Shown here one piece after another: positions 14,021 to 26,800 of a DNA stretch of 64,000 nucleotides (within the stretch, counting starts at the first letter, position 1; every line of letters begins with the position of its first letter). The notes beneath the pieces are model-generated. The model saw only the letters and a program-made list of their open reading frames with translations. It did no database searches and had not been told where the DNA came from. A program made the translations under genes and the position numbers. Origin of the DNA: Phoronis australis (taxonomy: Eukaryota > Animalia > Phoronida); NCBI GenBank assembly GCA_002633005.1, contig NMRA01000449.1, positions 62,001-126,000 of the forward strand, read 5' to 3'.

Positions 14021-16125
14021 GCTAACCTGGTTCAATTAGTATCCGATACTCAATTACACTTTGGGTATCGGAAATGTGTGTGTAACCTCTTGTAATTAAG
14101 GAACCCCTCTGGTTCCTTCTGCAAAATATTTAGCTGTGAACCTGAAATTCCCAATACAACTCCTAGTTAGTTCCTACCAAGTCCGATGGTAGCGCTGTTG
14201 TTCTTTCTCTCCAGCTTCCTGTCGGCGCAGCCTCAAGCAACAGTACATTCACTCGTAAGTTTCCCTAATTAGACAATTTGATACCTCTCCCACCCTCCCT
14301 ACCCTGGGTTCCACAAAATCTCAATTCAACCGATTCATACCTTTCCTACGCTCCCTCCCTTTTGTCGAATAAAATCTGCTGTTGGTTATTGTTGTTATTG
14401 CAGTCACTGCTGGTACCTTCTTCAAGCCCGGAGCGTGTTACCGTCAGGCAAGAACCGACGTCATTGGCTAGCGACCCGACCTGTACTCGAGCATCCATTA
14501 CTGCAGCTTGCTTCTCTCCACCTTGGTCACAGCTCTCAGAGCCACAACACCACGTTCCTTACAATATCTCTTTTTATCACTCACTTGGGTATCGGAAATG
14601 TTTGTGTAACCTCTTGTAATTAAGGAACCCGTCTGGTTCCTTCTGCGAAATATTTATTTGTAGAGCTGTGACCCTGAAATTCCCAATACAACTTAAAATA
14701 TATATTATTCTTGTTGTTTTATTTGTCCCCAATAAATACTTTTGCAGATATTTGGCTGAATGCATAGGCCTGTCGTAAGATTGTACATACACCGTGTAAC
14801 CAACAGGATTAGCGCTCCTTTAAGAACTTACGCATTATAGCGACATGCAGTTTAAGTCCCTAAAAAACCTAATGACCTTCATATTAACGATGTATTTTTA
14901 TGTAATGACAGTCCATAAATTGAGGTGCCTCTATCGATCTGGATAAGGTAAAAACGTTCCCAAATAAACATATTCAGAATACACGGCTTGTGTAAATTTC
15001 GAAGACTGTGATAGCATGTTCTCAACTTAATAGTAATGATATTATGATATTTTTTACTAAATTTTATTCGTTTTTTGATTTTGAAACTCCCATTCCAAGC
15101 AAGCATAGCTGTTTCTAATAACGGGGAGACTATTTATCAGAGACAATATTTAAGGATAGTTTGACGTCATAGGGAAATGTCGTCGTTCAGGAGAATCCGG
15201 GGAGAACTGACCGTAGCTGGACACAAGATGGCAGTTTTCACGGACACTTATCCACTTTTGACGGGAATTAGCACTTTCTTATCTTTATACGCATAAAAAC
15301 TCATCCTTGTCGTCTGTTATTTGATAAAGCAAAAAAAAAATCCCACCATTGATGCCAACATCGCCTCATTCACCTATCACACTTTATGTCGTTCAGTTTC
15401 TTACCTTTACCTTTTTATCGTTTTGATCAATGCCACTTGTTCAGTGCTGTGCTCTGTGGGATCTAGTTGAGGCTGTAATGTTGGAAGTTTAAATTTTCTA
15501 ATGAATGCTGGGAACATTAAATGTCACGAGAGTTCTTGCCGGAACCTATGAACGTAATTCGATGAAGCGATCTAAGTAAATCAAGGTCTTTAAATTGCTT
15601 TCTAGCACATCCATATGTCATTTTAGGTGTGCTTTATTTGTAGCTACTGCAATTTAGATCATAGAGACAAAGCGAACTCACCCACCCACCCACGCAATTG
15701 AGGTCCCCATGGAAAGCAGTGAGAACTTACTGGGCTACCCTCATTGTAAATATTAAAATAATAAATAAATAAAAAACTAATCATCCCTATAATATCCATC
15801 TATTTGTATCTCCTTTAGAAAACATAAAATAGTACCATTGGAATGCACTAAGTCTGGGCACTGAGGATGATCCCCTAACGGTAAATATTGATTTTATCTG
15901 AAAGTAGACCACTTGAATTAAAAGGAAAGAGGCAGTAACAAGAACTAGGCATTTTGATAGCATGTAGTCAAATGTTAATTGTTCCTTTTAAGCTGGTTGT
16001 GGCGATCTAGTATGACAATCTTATGGCTACTTATGTCGGAAAAATCGTTTTTGTGACATGTCAGAGCATGCTCATTCGATACAGTAGTCAATATTTGGCA
16101 TTTTCCGTACGACGTTACATGTATA

Positions 16126-17596
16126 TCAGGTGTCCCAAAAGAGCCACTTCTTGACAAGTAATTTCTCAGTTATTGACCAACCGAATTCGTTCAAAATTTT
16201 CACAATGTATCTTGAGGGTGTCATCAACAAGCCTACAAAGTAACCCAGAAAAATAAAAAATATGAAAGCACTGTGAAATTCAAAACAGCAGGGTGAAAAA
16301 TGCAATATCACTGTGACTTTCATCATGTTCATGCTATGCTGGCATCTGTCAGTCAAAATATTGCCTGCCTGGGTCTATAGCCTACTGTTTTTGATTGTCA
16401 GGTCTGTCGAATATTCCGTTTCGTAAGGAAGCCTTTGAGTGAAAGTGATAAATTTACAATTAACACCTGCTTCAAGCAGAAAGGGGGTTCCTAGGAAAAG
16501 GGTGGAGACTTATTGCAACACAGGGTACATTGCGCGTAAAAGTGGCAGTGGGAGACCCAAGACTGCATGTTCGAAAGAAAACGAGAATCGTGTTGAGGAA
16601 CTTATTCAATCCCAGGAGGAGATACCGGGGAATCACAAATCTCTGAGAGAAGTCGCAAGTGATTTACTAGTGAGAAAGTCTTCTGTGCAAAGAATGGCGA
16701 GAAAACTGGAGTTGAAACCCTTCAAAAGAATGTGGTTATCACGGAGAGATCAAAACAATAGAAGGAAAAGAACAATTCCATGCCGCTACTCAACCACTGA
16801 TGCGAAAAGAAGCATTTTCTCTGGTGAAAAAGAAGTTAATCTAGAAATCGCTAAAAATCCCCAAAACGATCGTGTTTATGGGAAACAAAAAAGAGATGTT
16901 CAGCCTTCTTGACACTATCATGACACTTTCAGATTTTCCAAAAAGTAATGGTTTCCGCTGCAGTATCTTGGGAACGAAAAACAATTATTCATGTTATTGA
17001 CACTGATAGAGCTACATGCATTTATTGGATGAAAATCTTCTCCCGAAATGCAGGCGACTTTGTTCTGGAAACAATTACGTGTTTCAGCAACATGGGGCTC
17101 CTTCACACACAAACAAGACAATCCAGGGTCATCTGGCGGAATTCATCACAAAAGAGGAGTGTCTTACTTTCATTCCTGACTGCAATCCAATAGACCATGC
17201 CATAGGAGACTCTCTGAAAGAAGTTTACCGGGAATTGAGAGACAAATTGACTGAGGAGGAGTTAAAAGACGTGATAGTTATGTCATGGAAGGAAATCTCG
17301 ATGGAAGAAATATGGAAAAGCACATCTGTTTGGAAGAAATGGCTCCGTTTAGTCGTGGATGAAGATAGAGGCCACATTGAGCACAGAGTGAAATAAGCGA
17401 GCTTCCCTTTGATAATTTATTTTTTACCTGTTTTTAATTTGACAGTACTCGCACAACTGGATTCAGTTCTCTTTGATATTTTGTGCATTTTTGATGATAT
17501 CATAAGGTTCATCTGTAAGAAAATTGATAAAAAATCGGTATATCCGTTACTGAGATATTACTTGTCAAAAAGTGGCTCACTTTTTCGGACACCTGA
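16126..17596 (+). mobile_element. Tc1/mariner DNA transposon (DD37D/maT-like), full-length but dead
   Basis: TIRs TCAGGTGTCC...GAGCCACTT.TTGACAAGTAAT at both ends; TA flanks. Confidence 0.9.
16439..17396 (+). pseudogene. Frameshifted Tc1/mariner transposase
   Basis: SGRPK and HTH (SLREVASDL..KSSVQRM), IFSGEK (FSDEK), QNDRVY, MVSAAVS, FQQHGAPSH (QQDGAP), PDCNPID; spread over three frames. Confidence 0.88.
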
Positions 17597-20294
17597 TATA
17601 TACTAAAATATAGTATTTTAGTCTTAGGTACATAATAACGTTACACGGAAATGGACGAACTTCGTATCGAATGAGCATGTTTCAGAGTGTCACATTTTCT
17701 AAGGGTAGTTTGATAAACGACTTTTTTAAAATGGCGAATTAAAAGTGTGGACAGACAGCAGAGCAGTTTGCAGTCGATGATTCTTTGAAATAAATAATAG
17801 ATGGCGTAGTTTACGTGGGCAATGCACTGATCACGAATCGAAAGCTATGAGAGTATACCTTTTATTATTGGCGTGCATCCAAGTTAGTAGCAGGAAGGCA
17901 TCTTCTTGGCGTATATGTGGCGTAAGCAGTTTAAACATAATAACTGAAGAAGGCTGACGAAAAGCATTATTAAGGAACGAAATTAAGTAATCCTGAATGT
18001 TAATAGACCTAGAACAATTCCAAGGTTGTCCACAGATAACGTGCACGAAGACTATTTACCCTTCAATGTTCTTTACAATCTTTTCGCTCATATTTAACTT
18101 TCTTTCATGAAGGTTTATGTCACGAAGTTCCATCAGGCGAAGACCACTGCCCTCTGGGTGACGCAAACTCGTGCTGGAACAACGTTTGTAGAATTGCTGT
18201 GGTGGATATATAACAAAAAGAACAGTAAACTTCGTTTTTGAGTATTTTTTCTTGTATTATCGATGATCGATCCAAACAATGAACTTTTAACATCAGAAAT
18301 ACTGTACTGGTATCAGGATTCGCGGGGATATGGTCAAGAAATCAAAAAAGCGGGTGTCACACGAGATCAGCTAGTAAGCTCTATAACGCAATTAGTAAAC
18401 GCCAAGAGAAGAGATAAAAACAACTTAGTCGGTTCCCCATGAATAAACACGAAGAGAAGGAACCCTTTATTGCATGTCTTATCGCTTCAGATGTTTTCGT
18501 TGCCTCGTCCATGTCCTAATCGACCTCGTGCAAGCTGTGAATACTGCCAATCTCCTGACTATGGACTTCGTTATTTGGAAAGTCACGTGAAGAGAATAGC
18601 CTAATCGGTGTTGCATCAGTGTTGCACATTTAACACAATCTAACCAACACCAGCGCAGTATAGGATATAGATGCGTTTCCCCGTTACCCAGCGGACATCA
18701 TTACGGAATTTAAAGAAAAAACAAAAATTGCGGCGAGGGAACCGGTCTATGCCCTTGCTGGAAGAGCCATCCTTCGTTGGTGAGGTACTCAACGTCATTT
18801 CTCATTACCACAAAACATGAGCCGGAATGGAACAGAACCGTCTAGCCTACTAGGTGTCTGAACTTGTTTCCAGTGCTCTCGACTCCGGGTACAGAACTTG
18901 TAGGAACGAAACTATTAATTTCCCTTCTGGTGGGGGGTGGGGTGTCAGACGTATTTCGCCAACACTTTTCTATGTCCAAAAAAATTTTGAAAGTCAAGAC
19001 AATGGAGGGAAAGCAGACAACCTTGATTTTCTTAAGGCAAACCCTCTTGTAGGTGGGTATTTAGACTCATGTGCCTACATAAATATCCGAGATGGTGCGG
19101 TTTTTTCAAAGAACATTTACTCAAATATATATTTATGCGCATGTGAATAATCGCAATGTCCTTGGCGAAAGAGCATAATCTTTGCTACGAGAGCGTCGTC
19201 TATTGCTGAGGCGTGAGTTGATGAACTGGCTCATTGTCATTAAGTTGGGGGTGTCTATTTCTTAACATGTGGTGTACTCCATTATATGGAAGTGTCACAC
19301 ATTATATCGCACTTCCCTTGACAAAATTTGATCTTACATTTTTATTGGAAAGTGTGTTTTCTCGAGACCCTTAAAGTACCGTATTTTGGAAATTTCTTGG
19401 GACGAGATGGCCATAAAACAGGCTATTTATGCAATCTGATCCTTTGAATCTCTTCTGTCCGGAAAAGAATCTCAAACCGAACAGCAATGGTGGCTGATTC
19501 GGACTTATTCTATTTCGGGTTTTACTATTTTGGATCCAATTTGAATTTGGAGATATGTTTCATTGTCTTAGGGAATTTTGCTCATATATTGCGACTTCTG
19601 AAGAGGATGTGTTGTAAGTCAGCATTGTTTTTGTAATGTTTTGTCTTGCGTCTTTAGTACACTTCTATATCCGTCTCGTTTTACTTTACATTCTGCAAGA
19701 TATCACTACAGTTTTCTTTTTTGCAATACGAACGATTGGTATTTAAAGGTACTCTTTCTGCTTCATTTTATTAAACGGATTTTAAGTTATTTCAGGCGAG
19801 ACTTAAGCTTAAATAATTCTCATTCAATACAGCCCCAAATATTTTCAAACTCAAATGAACTTAACATATTTTTTGTTTTTGGTGGTGTGCTACCGCCTAA
19901 AATGGCGGCCGTAGTGGCTGACAGCTGACTCATGCATTATGGGTACTCATTCAACTGTCGTCATATGTAATGAGGTTTCGGCAGAAACCCGGCTACCTTA
20001 ATAGTAAAGTATTATGTCAAACACAAACAGGGCTGAATGTTGAGTTTCAGTGATATATTTCGACTGACGATACCCAGCGTGCTCTAAATTGGCGAATGTA
20101 ATGGAAAGCATACCTTTAAATTACGTGAACACTTTAATCCAAATGCACTCAAAGAAACGCCTTGAAATGTCATTTTCATTTCAACTATACAAGTAGCTAT
20201 CTCACAACGGACGCAACCACAGCCACAATGACACAGAGTTGGCCTAGCTGCAGGTGATGTGTCGATTATATAACTAAAGGGATTTAGAGAAGTA

Positions 20295-20452
20295 TTATGT
20301 TATTTGTCTCAATATATTTACATGAGAATGCTAGCACTAGTCTCGAAATGTAAATACTGGCAGGTTATCGAGTTATGTTATTTGTCTCAATATATTTACA
20401 TAATAATGCTAGCACTAGTCTCGAAGTGTAAATACTGGCAGGTTATCGAGTT
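20295..20452. repeat. 78-bp direct tandem duplication in the probable 3' UTR of gene A
   Basis: Two near-identical 78-bp units. Confidence 0.85.
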
Positions 20453-20654
20453 AGCTAACATGATTAATACCAATGTTGTCTTCAATTTCATGCCACTCGC
20501 ATCTTGAATACACAAACTAATATACAACACAGTTTGATGAAGTGAGACCCCATCCATGAATTCAGAAAGACAACCCCTTAAATAAGATAAGTCTCTTAAA
20601 GCGCAGTCGAAATTCACACTTGTACTGAACTACAAGAGCGTCATCGACGTTATT

Positions 20655-20858
20655 TCATTCAGTTTCCCGAGCGAGAGGTACTGACTCCTTATTGAGAAGT
20701 TCTCCGAGCTCGTAAACATCTTTAACGACAACATCTCTTTCGAGATCCATGGCCCATGCTTGTTTTTCGCCACTCGCGAGAATACAAAACATAATGGCGC
20801 CAAACACGTATATGGATCCCCAGATGTAGAACACCATCTGCCACTCTGACCTTGAACC
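20655..20858 (-). CDS. SLC17: SLC17 gene A exon 11 (last)
   Basis: ttcccag|GSRSEWQMVFYI...ASGEKQAWA...ETE*. Confidence 0.92.
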   Translation of the reverse strand, partial: GSRSEWQMVFYIWGSIYVFGAIMFCILASGEKQAWAMDLERDVVVKDVYELGELLNKESVPLARETE

Positions 20859-23800
20859 CTGGGAATATGAAAAATGGGTAGCAAGATCACACGACAGTTT
20901 GATCTAAATCGTACAATAGCATTTTCAAGACAGCTCGCCAACTGGACGTCCATCTAAAGCAACCGATGTTCCAAATTAATTATCCTGCTGTGGAGAGAGG
21001 GTTTTGGCGCCTGGGGTTTATTGTATCAACATGGGCACCTTGGTAACAGTAGATATTTGTTTCAGCCTGTATGCCCGAAAACTACTATGAATCAGTTACC
21101 ACAAACAGAATAAGAATAACTCCTATATCAACGCTGTTTTCTTGAAAGCCTTTTTAGCTATGGAATCTTCAATAAACAAGCTTAGCAAGAATAAACAGTA
21201 CCATGACACAAAACTTAAATGAGAAGTATGGTCTGCTGTTCGTGAAATGTTCAAAACTCTATTTTGCTGCCTTTCTCTAATACCGCTTTCAGATGTGAAC
21301 TTTTTATAAGAAGGCAGGTTTTTGATGACCTCAGCTAAGCTTTAATGGTTCCCAAACAGAACCAGTTCACTGATGTAAATTTTCGTTTCAAGGCAAGTTT
21401 CTAAAATTGAATGTGAGTGGCACATACCTCAGGTGTTAGAGCGCTTACAGCAGAGGGAGCCACCATACCAGGAATTGTGGCCACCGTGTTAGTGATACCG
21501 AAGAGAATGCCGGCGTATCTGGAATGGAAGAGGAGCAACGAGATTAGTGAGACATGCGACAGAGAATCCCCCGTATTTATTATTGCGAACGGACAATAGT
21601 AAAATCTGCGCAAATCGTCGCTCGCAATGTGATGTTCAATGTGATTTCCCAACGCACTCACTACAAAAAGTACTACAAGAAATCTTCGGAAATACGCCTT
21701 CTAAATGTATGCCTATAGATCTATGTCTGGGATAGATATCAAAAATAGACACTAAGAACTTCTTTTGGAACGATAATCATAATTTCACAGTCGGTCTATA
21801 GCTTCCCCGAAGTAAACAATGTTCCGCAAAATTTCAGACGCTGATGCAGGGGGACGTCCGTACCTCAGTGCTTGGTCACTTGTACATTGATGTAGTGTCA
21901 AATCTCAAGGACCCACTATGTTTGTCCGAGTCCGAGCCGCCCGTGGACAAAATTCTCATAGTCACATGCATGTAGTGGAAATTACAAATTTACAACATTG
22001 GTTTACTTTTCAATGTTCTGGTTCTGTAGGTGCGTATGAATCATCCCTATAAAGATGAAATGTGCCTAGTTTTACATACATAACGTAATAGATGATTACA
22101 TGGCATACGTGACGCACGTAGGGCTGCCACACGAGGATTAAGGTAGTGAAGCCAACCGTGGTCATAATGACGTCTGAGACATCTCAGGTGTGGAATAGAA
22201 CCAGTCGGCAGGGTTGTCCCAAAGTTACCGTCAAATTTAAATATGGTTGGATATCCATCGCTGATTAATTATCGGAGTGAATATGTACTGCTGAACGCAA
22301 AGCTGGCTTTTGTCGATTACAACTTCGTCAGAGTCCTCTCATAGGTCCGGAATAACACAAACTCTTGAGTTTGTACATAACGCATTAACATGTGTCACAA
22401 CAAATGATTGCAGTGAGGTTGTAACTAAATCTCTAGATCGCGTGAAAACACAAGATCCTGTCAAAATGACAAATGATCACAGCCTACATGTACAGGTACT
22501 CATAAGTATCAATGTATTTAATTTATAAATTGAATTACATTTTAACGAGGAAAGCGCCGTGGCACAAGCAGGTCAACTTAACCAAGGTGCACTCTTAGTT
22601 ACAGTGGTTCACATTCTGACACCAGGAGATGTGTGAAGCCTTTTGGTACAGCGTACTGGGTTATGTAATGACGGTTTTCACTGGTTGCCAATTGGCTTTT
22701 TGAAAGGAAAATAGCTATACGCTTGCTTACTGATTAAAAACATTCCATTGCTTGATCTCTTTACCGGTTACGGAATTGACCAATCATAGTATGATGAAAT
22801 TGGAAAAATCATCAATGGAATTAGAAGGAGTCAGCCAGGAAACTTAGCTGCTACAAACTCGACATCCAACAGCAGGGATCTGTGAGCACTCTTGAGGGTC
22901 ACTTCCGGTATCCCTGTCAATTCCCCTCATTGAGAATTCCCCCCATTGAGCAGGCATATAACGGGAAACGGAGGCGGTGTAGAGGTTCGTCACAGTATAA
23001 GGCGGCATGCAAATTAACCAGGGTCAACAACAATAAGCAGAACATAAACAAACCTTGGTGCTATGTCAACGTGATTGACCGCGTACCCAGATCGAGTTAG
23101 TGAGGTAAACGTGACTCCTGCTGTTAGCAAAGCAACCGCTGCCTCTCTGGTCTGACACGTGGTAGCGCTGGTTGCTACCATGAAAATGGCGGGTATAACC
23201 AAGGCTGGGAAAATACCAGTCCATACATTTGTACTGTGAAATGTGAGGTCTTCGATCGTGATTTAATAATTAGAAATTGAGACTAGAATGTGAGTTGAAG
23301 GTATACCCTTTCACTTTTCCTACCTTCATAAGTACTTAGCATGCGCGCACCCATCCTTCAAAATGGGGGGCTCGAATTCCTGACGTTATGGACCTTTTGC
23401 TAACAAAAGAGCGGGCGGACTAAAAAAAACACTGTGAATTGCGCGTTTGCGCTTATTTACTGGACTTTTGTCCCATTTCCTCGAACATTTTGTCTCTCAG
23501 GGGAGGACCTTTCTGCCCACATCGCCAAATGGGGGGGGGGGTTCGTTCGAGCCCCCCGAGCCCCCCTGGGTGCGCGCATGCCTAGGTTCATAGAATTTGA
23601 ATACGATTCAAGGCACGTGTCACAACGGAGCGAGACCTGCACGTGCGAACACGTGACTAGTTCCAGACATCATTCTCAGACATTATATAAAAACCTTTGA
23701 ACGAATGTGACGGACAAACGCACTCGTGTGTTTCTTTATCATTCGATTTCAGATTCAACTAGACTCCCACTCACCCACAGAATGAGTCCACGATTTCATT

Positions 23801-26800
23801 CACCTTATCGTTAGGCACAGTACACAAATGTATTTACGTGCGTTTCTCACCTAAGTGGATGTGAGATCAAGACCTGTTTAAACCAACGTACGAAATATTG
23901 CCAAAAGGTTGCAATTACACAATTTCCGAAATATTCATGGTGGTCACACAGCTATTAGGCAGTCTCAAATTTAAAGCGCATTTAAAAATGTCAATGAGGT
24001 CAGTCAATATAGGATAACTTTCGAGGTCGGCCACATTTTCCCTTAAGGAAGATGTCAACATATCTTTTTACCCAGTTTACTAAAAAGCCTTCCTTTATAA
24101 GGGTCATGTAAGGGACTTTTAAACCACCATCTTCATGAGAGGCCATTGCAACGCTTTTTTATTTTAGGTGGTTTCCCTGCCCAAATAAAATCATTTAAAA
24201 TTTTATCTATTCGTTTGCGCAAATCCCTTGTCAATCCAAGGTCAGATATCACGTGAATCAATTTGGATAGCACAACAGCTTTAGTTATGACAATTCTTTC
24301 CTTAATTGTTAATTTTCTTGTTTTCCAAATATTTAGAGCTTTCTTAAGTTTCAAATTTTTTTCTTCAAAATTTTGTCTATTTTTTCGTTTTCATATTTAC
24401 CGAATTAAACACCCTGACATTTAATATTTCTTTTTGGCCAATTTATATCATACATTTTCTTAAGTTCAGACTGGCGGCCTAAAAACATTCCTTCGCATTT
24501 TCGCTTATATAATTTAAGACCAGACACGTCGCCAAATTTTGTGAGAAATTTAAAGCAATCTGTTCCAGACATTTCATCCTGAATAAATATAATTGTGTCA
24601 TCAGCATACTGTGCTGACTTCAGGCCCATCAACACACAATCCTTTGATTAAGGGGCTCATGAGCTCCACACATAGTATAAACACTTGACAACTTAAGGGA
24701 TCCCTTGACGAAGGCCTCTCTTAACATTAAAATAACCACATGTAAATCCGTGGCTTTGAACACAAGACACAGCATCATTATGTATTGTTTTTATACGTTG
24801 AACAAATTTGAGACCAAATTCAAAAGCCAGACAGGTTTTCTGAAGAAAGGACCAATTTAAACTGTCATACGCTTTCTTAAAATCTAAGAATACAATTTGT
24901 CCATTGAGATTGTTATTTGTAAAATACGACACTATGTCCTGTATTAATCTAATATTTAGGACCAATAAATCGTTTTGAAACAGACGTTTTGTCTGGATCA
25001 ATAAGCTTATGAATGTACTTACTTAGTCGGTTGGCAATAACCCTTGTAAATAATTTGTACTCGCAATCTGATAACGAAATTGGTCGCCAATTTTCCAGAT
25101 CTTTTAATTCCTCTATATTTGTACTTTTGGGGATAAGTGTAATGACACTTTGCCTTTGGGAGGTTGAAAATTTTCCTTTGGGAGGTTGAAAATTTTCCTT
25201 TGGGAGGTTGAACATTTTCCTGTTTTAAAACTACATTCCAAAAGGTACTGTTTAATAGCATCCCAAAATGTTTTATAAAATTCGTATCCTAAACCGTCAT
25301 TGCCTGGTGTATTATTTTGGGATTGTTTTAAGGCTTCATAGAGTTCATCTTCTGTGATCTCTTGCTCTAATAATAAGGACGGGTCATGGTCATCTGTCAG
25401 TACTTTATCACTAGGAAGAGTGAATATATCAGGGAAATTAATATCTTCATAGTCTTTTTCAGAATAAAGACCCCCCCAAAAAAGCTCGTTGAATGTTTTT
25501 TATCTCTTCTGGGGTGAACAGAAAACAAGTACTTAATGAATGGTGTATTTTGAACTTCCGACGTACTCAAGAACATTTCCGATACAAAAATCTTCTATTC
25601 ATGACTTTCAAACGAGGCAGCAACAACTGAGCACTTAGTGACTAACTCAAAACCGCTTACGTGCAACACGTTACGCAGGAAATTTGATTTTGTTTCCAGG
25701 AATTAACGTATTTATTAGCACCAAAAGGTTATCATAAGGGTGTCAGCAATTTCAGAAAAAATGCAAAAATTGAGTACGATGTCTGGATACGTTTCTAACT
25801 GAGTATGTAAATAAATAGCAGAATTATTGTACTACCTGAAGCTTGAACTATCTTCCTAATCACTGTCGTTGAGAGTTGAGTATTAGCACGAACTAGGTCG
25901 ACAATGTTAGAAAATATAAGAGTGGCGATAAACATGCAAACGAATGGAAGGGCGGAGAGGATTCCGTTCTGCAACAACGCAAAAATCAAAAGTTAGGCCT
26001 ACGCTTAGGTTAAATACAATGGGCGAACTTGATTGACTTCACCAGTTCCACCGGCTCAAATGGCTAAGATATAAGTCGGAAGTCGTCATCGAGAAGCAAT
26101 TGGATGACCCAGCTGAACCGGTGAAGTGAATAGCTAGTGCATCAAATGTGTAACTGATTACACATGTAGACTACACTATAGTTTAATTACGTAAACACTT
26201 TTAAGTGTTAAAACAAGCTACATTGAACATTCACCAGAGTAGTAGCAAAGTGCGGAATTTTAACAATAGCAAAATGTACAATTTTAAAGCAGTGATTCAA
26301 AACAGAGTATAGAGATGTTTAAGTTGGTTTGATTTGCCAATCCTGTAGATATGCCCTTCACGTTACGAAAAAGTCTGCGTCGAAAACGCAACAAATAGGC
26401 ATGCACATGGATAATCCGACAACTTCCTCCTCACTGTGTCCATACATGTTTCACAACGCGCTTACATTTGTTTGTGCCATGCCTTGGCACTCTGCTATTC
26501 CTAACAGTCACTAAAAGCGACTCTCGTGAGAAATTTGCAACGCGACTTTTAAAATTTCTTTTTTTCAAGCGATGCCACCACGAGAATAATTAGTGCTGAA
26601 TAGCCGGCAATCAGACGGAAGTGTTGGGTTGCGGGGGGAGGGGGTACTAACACAACTCGTAGTCCATGAAGATTATTCAGGTAAAAACAAAAATGGCAAG
26701 TCTCGAAAGTTATAGTTATAGCGATTATATATCAACATGGTGTGTGGATACATGTGTGGAATATCAATTATTTCCAATTTCAGGTTAGTTTCATAAATCA

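Larger units (their letters stand above)
5505..14312. repeat. Tandem duplication: 5505-9547 and 9549-14312
   Basis: Both copies start GCAAGACAACGG and end CCCTGGGTTCC and are highly similar throughout. They are separated by a single n at 9548. Confidence 0.9.
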
